The translations under genes and the position numbers were made by a program. Positions 16,674 to 26,139 of a stretch of 64,000 bases of DNA are shown piece by piece. The notes below the pieces were generated by a model. It was not told the origin of the DNA. It saw only the letters and a list, made by a program, of their open reading frames with translations, and did not search any database. The number at the start of each line of letters is the position of its first letter. Position 1 is the stretch's first letter. The stretch is from a virus (taxonomy: Duplodnaviria; Caudoviricetes), in IMG/VR virus record IMGVR_UViG_3300020577_003313; one strand, written 5' to 3'.

Positions 16674-19600
16674 ATGGCACAGGTAATAGCACAATGGCGA
16701 ACTATGACTGGCATAAGAAGAACATCTTCTTCCCAGTCTGTTAATCTAATCGTAGAAGCATATCATAATATTGCAGAAGGCGAAGTACAGCGAGTAGATT
16801 TTGCTATTTCTGTGAATGGTGGAGCTAGCTCTATTCAGTCTGTCTCTACAAGACAAGACTGGGTTCCTGATGACACAACTGAAGTAGATCCACTGCCTGG
16901 ATGCTCAACGGGTCCGGCGGCTATACCTGGATGTTTCGGATACACGCTCTCTATGTCTAGCTATGCTGCTGGGTATATTGACGTTACTCCTACAGCTTAC
17001 CCCGTAAGCGGACAATCCAGAGTACTACCTACAATAAGAATCTACAATGATAAAGACGGAACAGATCGCCGTCCGTCTACTAAAGTAATATATGTCCATC
17101 CCTATGGGGATGATACTAGAGCAGGAGATACCTCTGCTCTCCCTGTAAAAAGCATAAACAAAGCAATAGAATTATGCCGCATGGGCGGCACTTCTGGTGG
17201 TAACGTAGGTGGAGCAACCATCTATTTAATGGGTGGAATCCATTATTGGGGCACAGAAGCTAACGGAAATACCGCTAACACATCCTACTATACCGAAGGT
17301 CATCATTGGTTAACTATAACCAGAGCGCCCTGGTTAACGAGAAACCAAGTAGTTATTCAAAGAAATGAGAATGTGTCTTCTTGGCCAAATTCCCAAGGCA
17401 CGGCTGCTGGCCAGGCTCTTAGAGTTAGGCTAAAAGGTGTCGAAGTTTCTGGAAAGTCTCTGGCATGGACTTTAGGTCCATGGCCAACAACAAATCTAAC
17501 TGGACACTTCTGGGCAGATGGTTGTGTGTTCTATGGTTCTATTGATAACGACCAAGATGCTCCTTCAATCAATGTTGAAGGAAGTTCTGGAGGAGTATTC
17601 TCCTGGAATCCAACTTCTGGAACACATTATACATATGCAACTGGTACTACAGTAAAAATGTCTAAGGGCGGATTCTCCTCTTTTAGAATGGTAAGAGGAT
17701 GTCTAGTTAAAGATATTGTAGGAGTTGCTATTCAGATCGGCAATAGCGATGAAGGCTATTGCAATATAGAAGTTAGAAATATTTATCAAAATGATGGTGT
17801 TAAGGGTTATTTCCCGTCTATAACCGGAAATCTAAATGCTACTATTGTTGGCAACAGATTAAAGATAACGGCAGCCAATACTTCAGTAACTGACTTTGGA
17901 ACTGCTTGTAGGTACTTGAAGGACAAGACCATCATGGGTATCCGCCTATCTGGCTGGAGTACTGTCAATAATGGTAACTTTACAGTTTATGATGCCGGGT
18001 ACGAAAACGGCCTAAGCTACGTTATTCTAAACAACACTAACGGAGTTGCACAAGTTGGAAGCTCGTCAGTAACTATGGCTCCTGCCAGAATGTCTGATGG
18101 TTCTCCATGGGAAACAATACTCCATAGCGATATTCACCAATATAATGCAGATAATACATCTAATGTAATCTTCTCTAATGTAAGAGCTGTAAACACTGTA
18201 CAAGCCCAGGGCTTGTCTGACAATTTTAGACCAATCAGCAATTTTGCCATCATTAACTTCACTGACGGAGTTCCTACTGGCGGCAACTCAAATAGTTATC
18301 TAAACGGAATCTGGACGCACGGGATAATCAGACACTGCACTTTCCTAGGGACTTTCCTACTAGATACAACCGTTTACACAAGAACAAACTCCGAAATATC
18401 GGATTGCTATTTTAATAGCTTAGCAATAACAGGAACTCAGGCTCTCAACGGTATAACCTGGGCTAGCAATCATTATGGTCCGGGGGTACCCGTAGCCAGC
18501 AGACTTGGCACAAATCCAACTTCTGGATCTTTCCTAAGAGAACGATTTGCCGGAACTAGAGGAGATGTAGGATTACTTCAGAATTCCTCAGGATATGGAA
18601 CTGCTTCTACAGCGTGGAGCAGAGGAAGTACATTCTTTGAAAATAACAGAGGATGTTACGCTAACGTCGCTAACGGCTGCTGGATAAATCAGCCACAAAC
18701 TACTATTACACAAGTTAGAACTCTAAATAGAACTAACTATGCGAGAAGCGATGTAGTTACATGCGGTGTACCATTCCCCGCCGGAATGGTATGGAGTGAA
18801 GGACAAACTTTAACAATAAGCGGCGCTACTTCCTCTCCACAAAAAGTACAATGGTCAGCTTTTCCAGGGAGACACGCTGATGGTTCTATAAAGTATGCTA
18901 AGGTATCTTATAGAGCAGACCTAACAGCTAACCAAGTTCTTGACGCTACGCTAAGACTAAAAGGCTCATACACTAGCGTTCCGTTCAGTAATTCTGTAGT
19001 AACTCAGCTACAGTCTACTCTAGTAGAGTTCTCCATTAATGGTAATATAGTACAGATACCATTCTCTGGCTCAACCTTAATAGAAGGAGGAGGTCCGGAG
19101 GACCAATTTGCTAGATATAGAACATTTACTAGACATCCGCAGGCTCAGAATATTTGGTATGAGTTTACCTGGGATATCTACTCTTCTCTAGACATTGTAA
19201 AGTTCTACTTTAGATTTGGCAATTCAATAGTATCCAGAGGATACATAGATTCTCCAGGTCCTTATGCCAGCACTTACAACTACACGCTATCTTCTCCAGT
19301 AACTCTAACTATAAGAAATTCAGGAGACAACATAGTATATCTCCAAGACTACGAACTTTCTGGATACGCCTCGATTACTGGAGGTAAGAGATACACAATA
19401 GTCGATAACGCATTCTGGCAAGCAAATGCTTCTAGATTCCCAGGAGGATTCTCAAAATCTTTCAAAGGAGTTATATTATTTAGCTCTTCGTCAAATACTG
19501 CTAATGCAGAAAGATCTTCTCCTACTACAACAATGGCCCTAAATTGGGCCGGTAAAGTTCCTGGGTACTATGCTACAAATCCTGTACCAGCAGGAATAAC

Positions 19601-21827
19601 TTCAGAAGCGGTAGGCAGAACCTACATTGAGAACACATTCTTGGCTAATGCTCAGAATATGGTTCCTCAGCACCCATATCAGCCAGGAAAGTATTCTAAC
19701 CTAGAATACTGCGGATTAACTGGAGATTTAGGATTTGGCGGTAATGTTTTCTGGCAAAGTTTCTTATATCACATAGTAGCATCTAATTGGCCAGTAGAAC
19801 TTCCTTATGTAGACTTCTCAATAAGAACAATGGCTCATAGAGCCATGTGGTTCTATGAACCAAATCTTAATCCTGTAAGGATAGAAACTTTCCCGAATCT
19901 AGTAATATGGTACGGAACTATCCATGATTTTGCTTCACAGGACAGACTTGGATATGGATCAGGCTTTTTTGTTGAAGCGCCAAAAGGACCAAACGGATCT
20001 TCGTGGACTGGTATCGAAGAGCAGCACGGTCAATGTTCAAACGAAGCATTTGGAGCTCTACTAACTTGTGATTACCTGTCTCTGAGAATTATAGATTTCT
20101 GGAAAGAAATCTTAGCATACAAAACAAGAACTGACACTCCTAATTTTTTCATGTCAGAGTTTATGGGATCTAGAGACTACGCAAGACCTATGATGGGATC
20201 TGTAGCTCTATATGACTACACGGAACATCCGCCACTTAAGAAAGCTCTAGAAAGTAGAATAAACTTACTATACAGTATAATGAATGCTCCGCCTTCCCAA
20301 GTCGGAGGGGCACAGACTCTGTATAGATGGGGCTGCCAATTAAACGGCATAGATAAACTAAAGTTTTGCCAGCTAGAAGTCGGAGATGCGGTAGGAAATC
20401 TACAGAATAACAGAAGACACTTTTATCCTTGGCAAGAAGCCTTCGTTGCTGGAGCTCTGTACCAGGCATACAAGGTAATAAATAGCAAAAACCCTGGCTA
20501 CTACGTAGCTGCAAGAGCTAAAGAAATGTCTTATCAGCTTGCAGCAACAAACGTTCTGTACACTCAGCAGAAATTTGGACCTGGAAGTGAGAATAACTGG
20601 GACTGCATAGAAGTTATGCTTTCTTCTGTTGCTTCGGGCACAAACATGGGACCAATTCAGGAATGGCCTCTTGGATCTTCTGTAAGAGGATTAACATCAG
20701 GAGCAACTGGTGTAATATTTAGAGTCAAGAAAATAGACGGCGTCGTTGGATGGAACCGCGCCATGTTAAATCTAAAGAGCGTCACCGGAACATTTGTAGC
20801 TGGAGAGCCTATTCGAAATCTTACTAGCGGTGTAACTACTTCTATATCTGGGTTGGTAAGAGGTTATCACGGTAGTACTTCTTATTATGTAAACTATGTA
20901 GGAACTGAACAACAAAGACAAACGCCACTTTCAGTGGCTCAGATGGAAGAATGGGAAACTACTCCGTGGGATGAAGATGTTCTCGGAGCCCTAAAGTACA
21001 TTCACTTCTATACTGCCTATGAGAAATGGCAAAGAACGGCGGCGTCTATAGTTATTAAAGCCTCTAATGAGGCTTATTACACAGACTCAGGAACTGTGAC
21101 TGCTGCCTATCTAAGAGCCAAAGCTATAGACATTCTTCTCGATTCATACAACTATAGTAATGCAATTACAGGAAGCTGGGATACAGATTTCTGGCCTCAT
21201 TGCATGACTATTGATAACCTTGCAATTAATTTAGTTCAAGGCGGTCCTACTGTTCTAAATAGAACAGTATCTATACTAAGCGCGCTTGGATCTGGCAGTA
21301 GATTACCTTTGTCATATGTGACAACAGTAGTTTCAATTAGCAGAACAGTATCAATAGGGTCTGCGATAAACGGAACTTCTCAAATTCCTACTCACAGTGC
21401 TTCTGGTGTAATTGTAATATCGCCAATAGTTAGACCTCTAGCTATAAATAGCAGCTCTCAGGTCCCGACTCACATTCCTAGAGCTTACGTGGTCTTAAAT
21501 AAGACTGTGTCTGTGTCTAGCGCACTCGGAGGTAATTCTAGTATACCATCTACTACTGTAGTTTGTGAAAGAAATGAAATAAGCCATGTCTCTCTTAACG
21601 TGGTTCTAGAGATGTTAATGGATGGTCCTCAGTACTTATCCGGACCCGGCAGTATACCGGCATGGTCTGATGCCACAGCATCAGACGTGGCTAATCAATT
21701 GATTGCAAGAGCAGAAGTTACTGCGTCTGACGCAACTAACGTAGATGATAGAGCATCGACCTACTCTTCTGATCAGGCTGTAGAGATATTAGAATTTGAT
21801 CCAAATAGTGTTGATGCAACAGAATAA
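16674..21827 (+). CDS. 1717-aa appendage: right-handed beta-helix + PL26/YetA-like lyase module + C-terminal repeats
   Basis: IYVHPYGDDTRAGDTSALPVKSINKA beta-helix start; VTCGVPFPAG...RHADGSIKYA resembles the PcRGLX/YetA N-terminal domain; four C-terminal repeats. Confidence 0.6.
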   Translation: MAQVIAQWRTMTGIRRTSSSQSVNLIVEAYHNIAEGEVQRVDFAISVNGGASSIQSVSTRQDWVPDDTTEVDPLPGCSTGPAAIPGCFGYTLSMSSYAAGYIDVTPTAYPVSGQSRVLPTIRIYNDKDGTDRRPSTKVIYVHPYGDDTRAGDTSALPVKSINKAIELCRMGGTSGGNVGGATIYLMGGIHYWGTEANGNTANTSYYTEGHHWLTITRAPWLTRNQVVIQRNENVSSWPNSQGTAAGQALRVRLKGVEVSGKSLAWTLGPWPTTNLTGHFWADGCVFYGSIDNDQDAPSINVEGSSGGVFSWNPTSGTHYTYATGTTVKMSKGGFSSFRMVRGCLVKDIVGVAIQIGNSDEGYCNIEVRNIYQNDGVKGYFPSITGNLNATIVGNRLKITAANTSVTDFGTACRYLKDKTIMGIRLSGWSTVNNGNFTVYDAGYENGLSYVILNNTNGVAQVGSSSVTMAPARMSDGSPWETILHSDIHQYNADNTSNVIFSNVRAVNTVQAQGLSDNFRPISNFAIINFTDGVPTGGNSNSYLNGIWTHGIIRHCTFLGTFLLDTTVYTRTNSEISDCYFNSLAITGTQALNGITWASNHYGPGVPVASRLGTNPTSGSFLRERFAGTRGDVGLLQNSSGYGTASTAWSRGSTFFENNRGCYANVANGCWINQPQTTITQVRTLNRTNYARSDVVTCGVPFPAGMVWSEGQTLTISGATSSPQKVQWSAFPGRHADGSIKYAKVSYRADLTANQVLDATLRLKGSYTSVPFSNSVVTQLQSTLVEFSINGNIVQIPFSGSTLIEGGGPEDQFARYRTFTRHPQAQNIWYEFTWDIYSSLDIVKFYFRFGNSIVSRGYIDSPGPYASTYNYTLSSPVTLTIRNSGDNIVYLQDYELSGYASITGGKRYTIVDNAFWQANASRFPGGFSKSFKGVILFSSSSNTANAERSSPTTTMALNWAGKVPGYYATNPVPAGITSEAVGRTYIENTFLANAQNMVPQHPYQPGKYSNLEYCGLTGDLGFGGNVFWQSFLYHIVASNWPVELPYVDFSIRTMAHRAMWFYEPNLNPVRIETFPNLVIWYGTIHDFASQDRLGYGSGFFVEAPKGPNGSSWTGIEEQHGQCSNEAFGALLTCDYLSLRIIDFWKEILAYKTRTDTPNFFMSEFMGSRDYARPMMGSVALYDYTEHPPLKKALESRINLLYSIMNAPPSQVGGAQTLYRWGCQLNGIDKLKFCQLEVGDAVGNLQNNRRHFYPWQEAFVAGALYQAYKVINSKNPGYYVAARAKEMSYQLAATNVLYTQQKFGPGSENNWDCIEVMLSSVASGTNMGPIQEWPLGSSVRGLTSGATGVIFRVKKIDGVVGWNRAMLNLKSVTGTFVAGEPIRNLTSGVTTSISGLVRGYHGSTSYYVNYVGTEQQRQTPLSVAQMEEWETTPWDEDVLGALKYIHFYTAYEKWQRTAASIVIKASNEAYYTDSGTVTAAYLRAKAIDILLDSYNYSNAITGSWDTDFWPHCMTIDNLAINLVQGGPTVLNRTVSILSALGSGSRLPLSYVTTVVSISRTVSIGSAINGTSQIPTHSASGVIVISPIVRPLAINSSSQVPTHIPRAYVVLNKTVSVSSALGGNSSIPSTTVVCERNEISHVSLNVVLEMLMDGPQYLSGPGSIPAWSDATASDVANQLIARAEVTASDATNVDDRASTYSSDQAVEILEFDPNSVDATE
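21252..21560 (+). repeat. four imperfect ~26-aa protein repeats
   Basis: NRTVSILSALGSGSRLP / SRTVSIGSAINGTSQIP / PIVRPLAINSSSQVP / NKTVSVSSALGGNSSIP. Confidence 0.7.
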
Positions 21828-21834
21828 ACTTTGC

Positions 21835-21976
21835 GGTAGTCCGGTTTGTGCGACCGGACGGATCGTGTCACTAGGTGGTCAACAGACTCCAGTGACGAAC
21901 AGGGCTATGTCTTCCTTCGCTACCTTAGGCATAGCCCAGGGGGGGACGTACTACTCAAGTACGTCTCCCCTTTTTT
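21835..21976 (+). ncRNA. candidate structured RNA (three hairpins plus terminator)
   Basis: Stems 21839-45/21853-59, 21863-80/21885-98, 21902-12/21927-37, then terminator; GC-rich island in an AT-rich operon. Confidence 0.6.
21938..21976 (+). terminator. strong Rho-independent terminator
   Basis: GGGGGGACGTACT-ACTCA-AGTACGTCTCCCC-TTTTTT. Confidence 0.85.
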
Positions 21977-21993
21977 CTTCTTAGGGCAAAAAT

Positions 21994-22734
21994 ATGACAG
22001 CTAAAAACAATAAGAAAACAGAACCGCAGAAACCAGTGGAACTGAATACGCAACAGGATCAGGTTATCAGTATCCCAGAGGTCTCTATTGGGTCTAGTTC
22101 GGTAAGTCTAACTCCTAGTAAGGGTACAATAATCGGAAAGGAAATTTCCATTAATTTAAAAGCCACCACATTCTTTGGAATTGGAGATATTTGGCTAACT
22201 CCAGACAATTACTGGGCTGTTGTTCCGGACAATCTATCAGATAGGGACTACGCTATCATCCTAGCCAGCTTAAAAGCTGGCACTATCAAACTTGGTAAAC
22301 AGTTCATACCTCCTGTAGATAAAGCGTCAGATGTCAGGGAACGCTATTGGTTCCTTATTGAAAGGACTGGTTTTGAGACCAAAGCTTCTAAGCAAGCATT
22401 TAAAGACTTGATGGTAAGGGGCACAGATGATGGTTGGACTGCTATAGAGATAGCAAATTTCTGCCTGGATAAGGAAAATAATGGCAGAAAGAGAAAAGAT
22501 GTGATTAGAATGCTAACTAAGTTAGTGGACAACTATGATGGTCCAATTAGTCTCTATGATCCTCCAGATAGCGCCGAAGGCATCAAAAAAGTGACAATTA
22601 AGTCTGACGGGACTATTGTCGCAGAGACTAACTCGGGTAAAAAAGTCGCAAAACCACTATCAGCACCGCCTCCACAGAACCACCTTCCCGGTAACAAAAG
22701 TTCTGAAGAGGCAATGAATGATCTTCTGAAGTAA
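21994..22734 (+). CDS. hypothetical protein (head-tail region)
   Basis: 246-aa ORF. Confidence 0.75.
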   Translation: MTAKNNKKTEPQKPVELNTQQDQVISIPEVSIGSSSVSLTPSKGTIIGKEISINLKATTFFGIGDIWLTPDNYWAVVPDNLSDRDYAIILASLKAGTIKLGKQFIPPVDKASDVRERYWFLIERTGFETKASKQAFKDLMVRGTDDGWTAIEIANFCLDKENNGRKRKDVIRMLTKLVDNYDGPISLYDPPDSAEGIKKVTIKSDGTIVAETNSGKKVAKPLSAPPPQNHLPGNKSSEEAMNDLLK

Positions 22735-22737
22735 TAA

Positions 22738-24081
22738 ATGACCCTAACTTTCTCTAGTTCAGTTCCATCAACAGGGGCCGTTGACTTCTATGTCAACAGG
22801 TCCCTTACTGTCACATTTAATGAGGCACTAGATCCAGACTATGTGTCTGACGGAACTATACTTCTCTATGATCTAACATCCGGCGCAAATGTTCCCGTAG
22901 ATGTACAGATAAAAGCTACAGATAGTTCTACTATTGTAGTTATTCCTAGAGCTAATCTTAGAGAAAACTGCAATTTCAGATTAGTAGTAATTGGCACAGA
23001 TCAGGGGATAGGAACTCCGTTAGCCGCGCTTAATGGAGATGTATTAGCTACATCGGTTCAAATAGTATTTGCTACTGGCGATAATGTCTATTCTATAGAC
23101 ACAGCAATACAAAAAGAAGCTGCACAGGTCACCCTCGAAGGTGACCTATTCCTGCCTACAAATATAAAAGCTGTAGGCTATGATTTTACATTAGCAAAGA
23201 TAAGACCAGTAAATCACTCCGCGCTAACTGGTTCTCAGACTGGTATAGTATTCACTTTTACTAAGAATCTTCTTACCGGACAAGACCTGTCAACGTGGGT
23301 AAATGTACAAGTATTCCCAATACTACAAGACACCGCATATCTATGTAGTGGAGTTACAATGGATCTAGGATCCAATACTGTACAGATCCCTTCTAGTTCT
23401 GTATCTATAAGTGGAACAGAACTAAGAGTTGACTTTAGTCAAGAACTACCAAAGAATGTCGCGGTAGTGGCAACTCTGACTACTTCAATAAAATCAGAAG
23501 ACAATGACGAGCTAGGTGATGGCTTAAATTATAGTATATTGACGGAACTGTATCCTTCAGTATATGGACCATATGTTATTAAAACAGATCTGAACGCTCT
23601 AGATGGAAAGCTCAACGATGACTATGTGGCGACTCTGCTATTTAAGAATACTATAGAAACATGGGAACGTTTAGGAAGATCCCTTAATCTGAGCTCTCTA
23701 GGGTACGCTTTCAAGAAGTATGTAAAAGAATCCACTATTTTAGATATTCTTGAAGATCAAGATTATAGAAAGTTCCTAGTAGCCGGAACTAGAAGACAGC
23801 TAGGAGATCTAAATGTTTCTGTCGATAACATGATCGGCAGACTAGCTTTAAAGATCGCCAGTACTCAAAAAGAAAAAGATCTTGCATTTGAAAGCCTTGT
23901 AAAAGGCTGGCAATTCAAAGTATCAAACTATGTGTCTAATTCCATGTTTCAAGGAACTAGACTATGGTACGACGTCAACTTTAGATACAGAGACCCTGTT
24001 TGGAAATACTATCAGCCGAATCTTCCAATCAGTAACATCTCTATTAATAGACAGGCAAAAACAACTAATCCACTTTGGTAA
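22738..24081 (+). CDS. Ig-like (Big_5-type) domains + probable head-tail adaptor
   Basis: SSVPSTGAVD...LTVTFNEALD Ig pattern occurring twice; C-terminal RRQLGDLNVS adaptor-like motif. Confidence 0.65.
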   Translation: MTLTFSSSVPSTGAVDFYVNRSLTVTFNEALDPDYVSDGTILLYDLTSGANVPVDVQIKATDSSTIVVIPRANLRENCNFRLVVIGTDQGIGTPLAALNGDVLATSVQIVFATGDNVYSIDTAIQKEAAQVTLEGDLFLPTNIKAVGYDFTLAKIRPVNHSALTGSQTGIVFTFTKNLLTGQDLSTWVNVQVFPILQDTAYLCSGVTMDLGSNTVQIPSSSVSISGTELRVDFSQELPKNVAVVATLTTSIKSEDNDELGDGLNYSILTELYPSVYGPYVIKTDLNALDGKLNDDYVATLLFKNTIETWERLGRSLNLSSLGYAFKKYVKESTILDILEDQDYRKFLVAGTRRQLGDLNVSVDNMIGRLALKIASTQKEKDLAFESLVKGWQFKVSNYVSNSMFQGTRLWYDVNFRYRDPVWKYYQPNLPISNISINRQAKTTNPLW

Positions 24082-24087
24082 CCTACT

Positions 24088-24531
24088 ATGGGAAGTACAC
24101 TTTACAGACACTACAAAAAGATGGCGCTGTCAGGCGCTATTAACTTAATTACTGACAACATCTACTGCATGTTGGTTTCAGGTAACCACGATCCTTCGCT
24201 TTCTACATACCTAACCCACAGAATCACTGGTGACCTCACCAATAAGGAAGTTGTAGGCCAAGGATATCTGAGAGGAGGAGTTCTCCTATCTTCTAAGGTC
24301 GTTGGAGAAGGATCCCCAGCTCAGACAGCAGAAGCATACTTCGATGCTGCTGACGTTTCATGGAGCAACTCTACTATTACAGCTTCTGGAGCAATTCTTT
24401 GGAGAAGCGGAAGCGCGTCTCACTTAGACGCCCACGTTATTGCGTGGATTGACTTTGGTGCTGATCAGCCTTCTTCAAACGGATTATTCTCCATTCAGTG
24501 GAACTCTGAAGGTATAATCAACTGGAACTGA
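24088..24531 (+). CDS. small virion structural protein
   Basis: FDAADVSW...ITASGAIL...IAWIDFG...NG.FSIQW pattern, common in phage minor tail proteins. Confidence 0.7.
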   Translation: MGSTLYRHYKKMALSGAINLITDNIYCMLVSGNHDPSLSTYLTHRITGDLTNKEVVGQGYLRGGVLLSSKVVGEGSPAQTAEAYFDAADVSWSNSTITASGAILWRSGSASHLDAHVIAWIDFGADQPSSNGLFSIQWNSEGIINWN

Positions 24532-25085
24532 TGACCGATAAGAAGCACTACGATGCTAGCTTCATAGACATTAGAGGGGAACTAGGAGAACTGGTTCCAC
24601 ACTTCCAGTGGTATGGACTTAGACAAGTAGACTATAGTAGGCAGTGTTCATGCATGAGCCAGGCACCCGATGGTATACCTGGCTCAGGTGGTTGTAATAG
24701 ATGTTTAAGAACAGGGTTCTTGTTCACAGACCTTTTGGTAAAAGGATATATGTGGTCAAGTTCCCTGGGCTTCATGTTTAATACAAAAGTAGGGCAGATA
24801 TCCACAGATAGATGCAATTTTGTAGTCAAGCACGATAAGCCTATTAATAAGTTTGACTACATTGTAGTCCTGGATACAAATTCAGATACAGGAAGGCTAG
24901 TACAGCCTCTTAGAATAATCCGGTATTATTCGGTTCAAGACTCTATACCGTTGTACGGTAAGAACGGTAGAATAGAATTCTTCAAATGTTCTCTAGAAGA
25001 GAGAAATCTCGACGACGGTAGACCTAACTCTAAGGGAACTGGTTTTAGTTACAAGAGCAATAGACCCGATGACCTACCCTGGTGA
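24531..25085 (+). CDS. probable head-closure/neck protein with Zn site
   Basis: CSC...CNRCLRTG; C-terminal GKNGRIEFF; position in the neck module. Confidence 0.55.
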   Translation: MTDKKHYDASFIDIRGELGELVPHFQWYGLRQVDYSRQCSCMSQAPDGIPGSGGCNRCLRTGFLFTDLLVKGYMWSSSLGFMFNTKVGQISTDRCNFVVKHDKPINKFDYIVVLDTNSDTGRLVQPLRIIRYYSVQDSIPLYGKNGRIEFFKCSLEERNLDDGRPNSKGTGFSYKSNRPDDLPW

Positions 25086-26124
25086 TATACCCTCTTTCAA
25101 TGAATTCTATACTGAATATTTTGATCCAGTAGAGAAGAGTTTTGAAGTAAGAAGAAAGAGCCGCACTGACGGCTCTTTGTCCATAACAGAGGCTATGGAA
25201 TATTTTGATAGGTACTTAAAATCCTATCAGACTGTTTATGTTCCTAATAAAGCTGACAAAACATTAATATTCTTCCCATTCATGTTTAATAAGCCCCACG
25301 AAGGGGATCTTCTTCTTAACTCTACTACAAAAGAAACATACAAAGTAACTCAAATTATTACCAACCCTAGTACCGGCCAATGGGAAGGTGTACTAAAGCT
25401 AGACCTGAAGGTTCCACCTTCAGTGGAGAGTCTGCATCCATTAGTGTATCTAAACCAGGAAAGGTTAGTAAAATTCAGCCACGAGGTGCCAGATGTCATC
25501 CCAAACCCTGTGGGCGCAAATTTGGAGAAGTTGCTAAAACAACCTCCTCCGATGAATCCAACAGTAACCTGGACAATAAAATCTGTAGAGCCCGGCTCCC
25601 TGGGCGCTATAGGAAACTCTAAAAAAGAGTGGAAACCAAGAATAAGAGAGTCAGTTAAGGACCCCTTAGTCCCAGGATATACTGTTGATATTTACGGACA
25701 GTTTTTTGATAACATTGTTCAATTTGACTGCTGGTCTAACGACCCGCGAACCAGCGATAGGCTAGTCAGATGGTTTGAGCAGTTTGTCAGATTATACACT
25801 AGATTCCTCAGAAAAGAAGGTTTGAACCAGTTACTCTTTTGGCAAAGACCAGAAGATTCATCGAATCAAACTTGGAGACAAGCTTACTCTGTAAGAGGGA
25901 TACAATACTTAATCAGAACTGAACAGATTACTGCCTCTTACCAAAGAGACATATTACAGATCAACATCTCAGTAGAGACAACTGATGAATTGTCAAGTAA
26001 AAATAACGAGACAAGATGGATAGCTGACCAGATGGTTTCCGGTCAACTTACCCAGGATCAGTACAGATCGCTGTTCTACCATTCCGGACAATACTTGTTC
26101 GGAGGAATTGACATAAAACAATAG
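25069..26124 (+). CDS. probable tail completion/terminator protein
   Basis: FDNIVQFDCWS...DRLVRWFEQF pattern; directly before the sheath gene. Confidence 0.55.
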   Translation: MTYPGDIPSFNEFYTEYFDPVEKSFEVRRKSRTDGSLSITEAMEYFDRYLKSYQTVYVPNKADKTLIFFPFMFNKPHEGDLLLNSTTKETYKVTQIITNPSTGQWEGVLKLDLKVPPSVESLHPLVYLNQERLVKFSHEVPDVIPNPVGANLEKLLKQPPPMNPTVTWTIKSVEPGSLGAIGNSKKEWKPRIRESVKDPLVPGYTVDIYGQFFDNIVQFDCWSNDPRTSDRLVRWFEQFVRLYTRFLRKEGLNQLLFWQRPEDSSNQTWRQAYSVRGIQYLIRTEQITASYQRDILQINISVETTDELSSKNNETRWIADQMVSGQLTQDQYRSLFYHSGQYLFGGIDIKQ

Positions 26125-26139
26125 CAGGAGAATTAGAAA

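Noticed and set aside
21895-21940. Resemblance of the CTTCCTTCGC loop to an HDV-like ribozyme L3, or of the reverse-strand GAAGGAAG to SRP RNA
   Set aside because: The required nested stems and conserved flanking residues could not be built
21796-21984. 62-aa ORF across the structured intergenic region
   Set aside because: Non-ATG start with no SD, overlaps the upstream gene and runs through a strong terminator; RNA structure explains the region better
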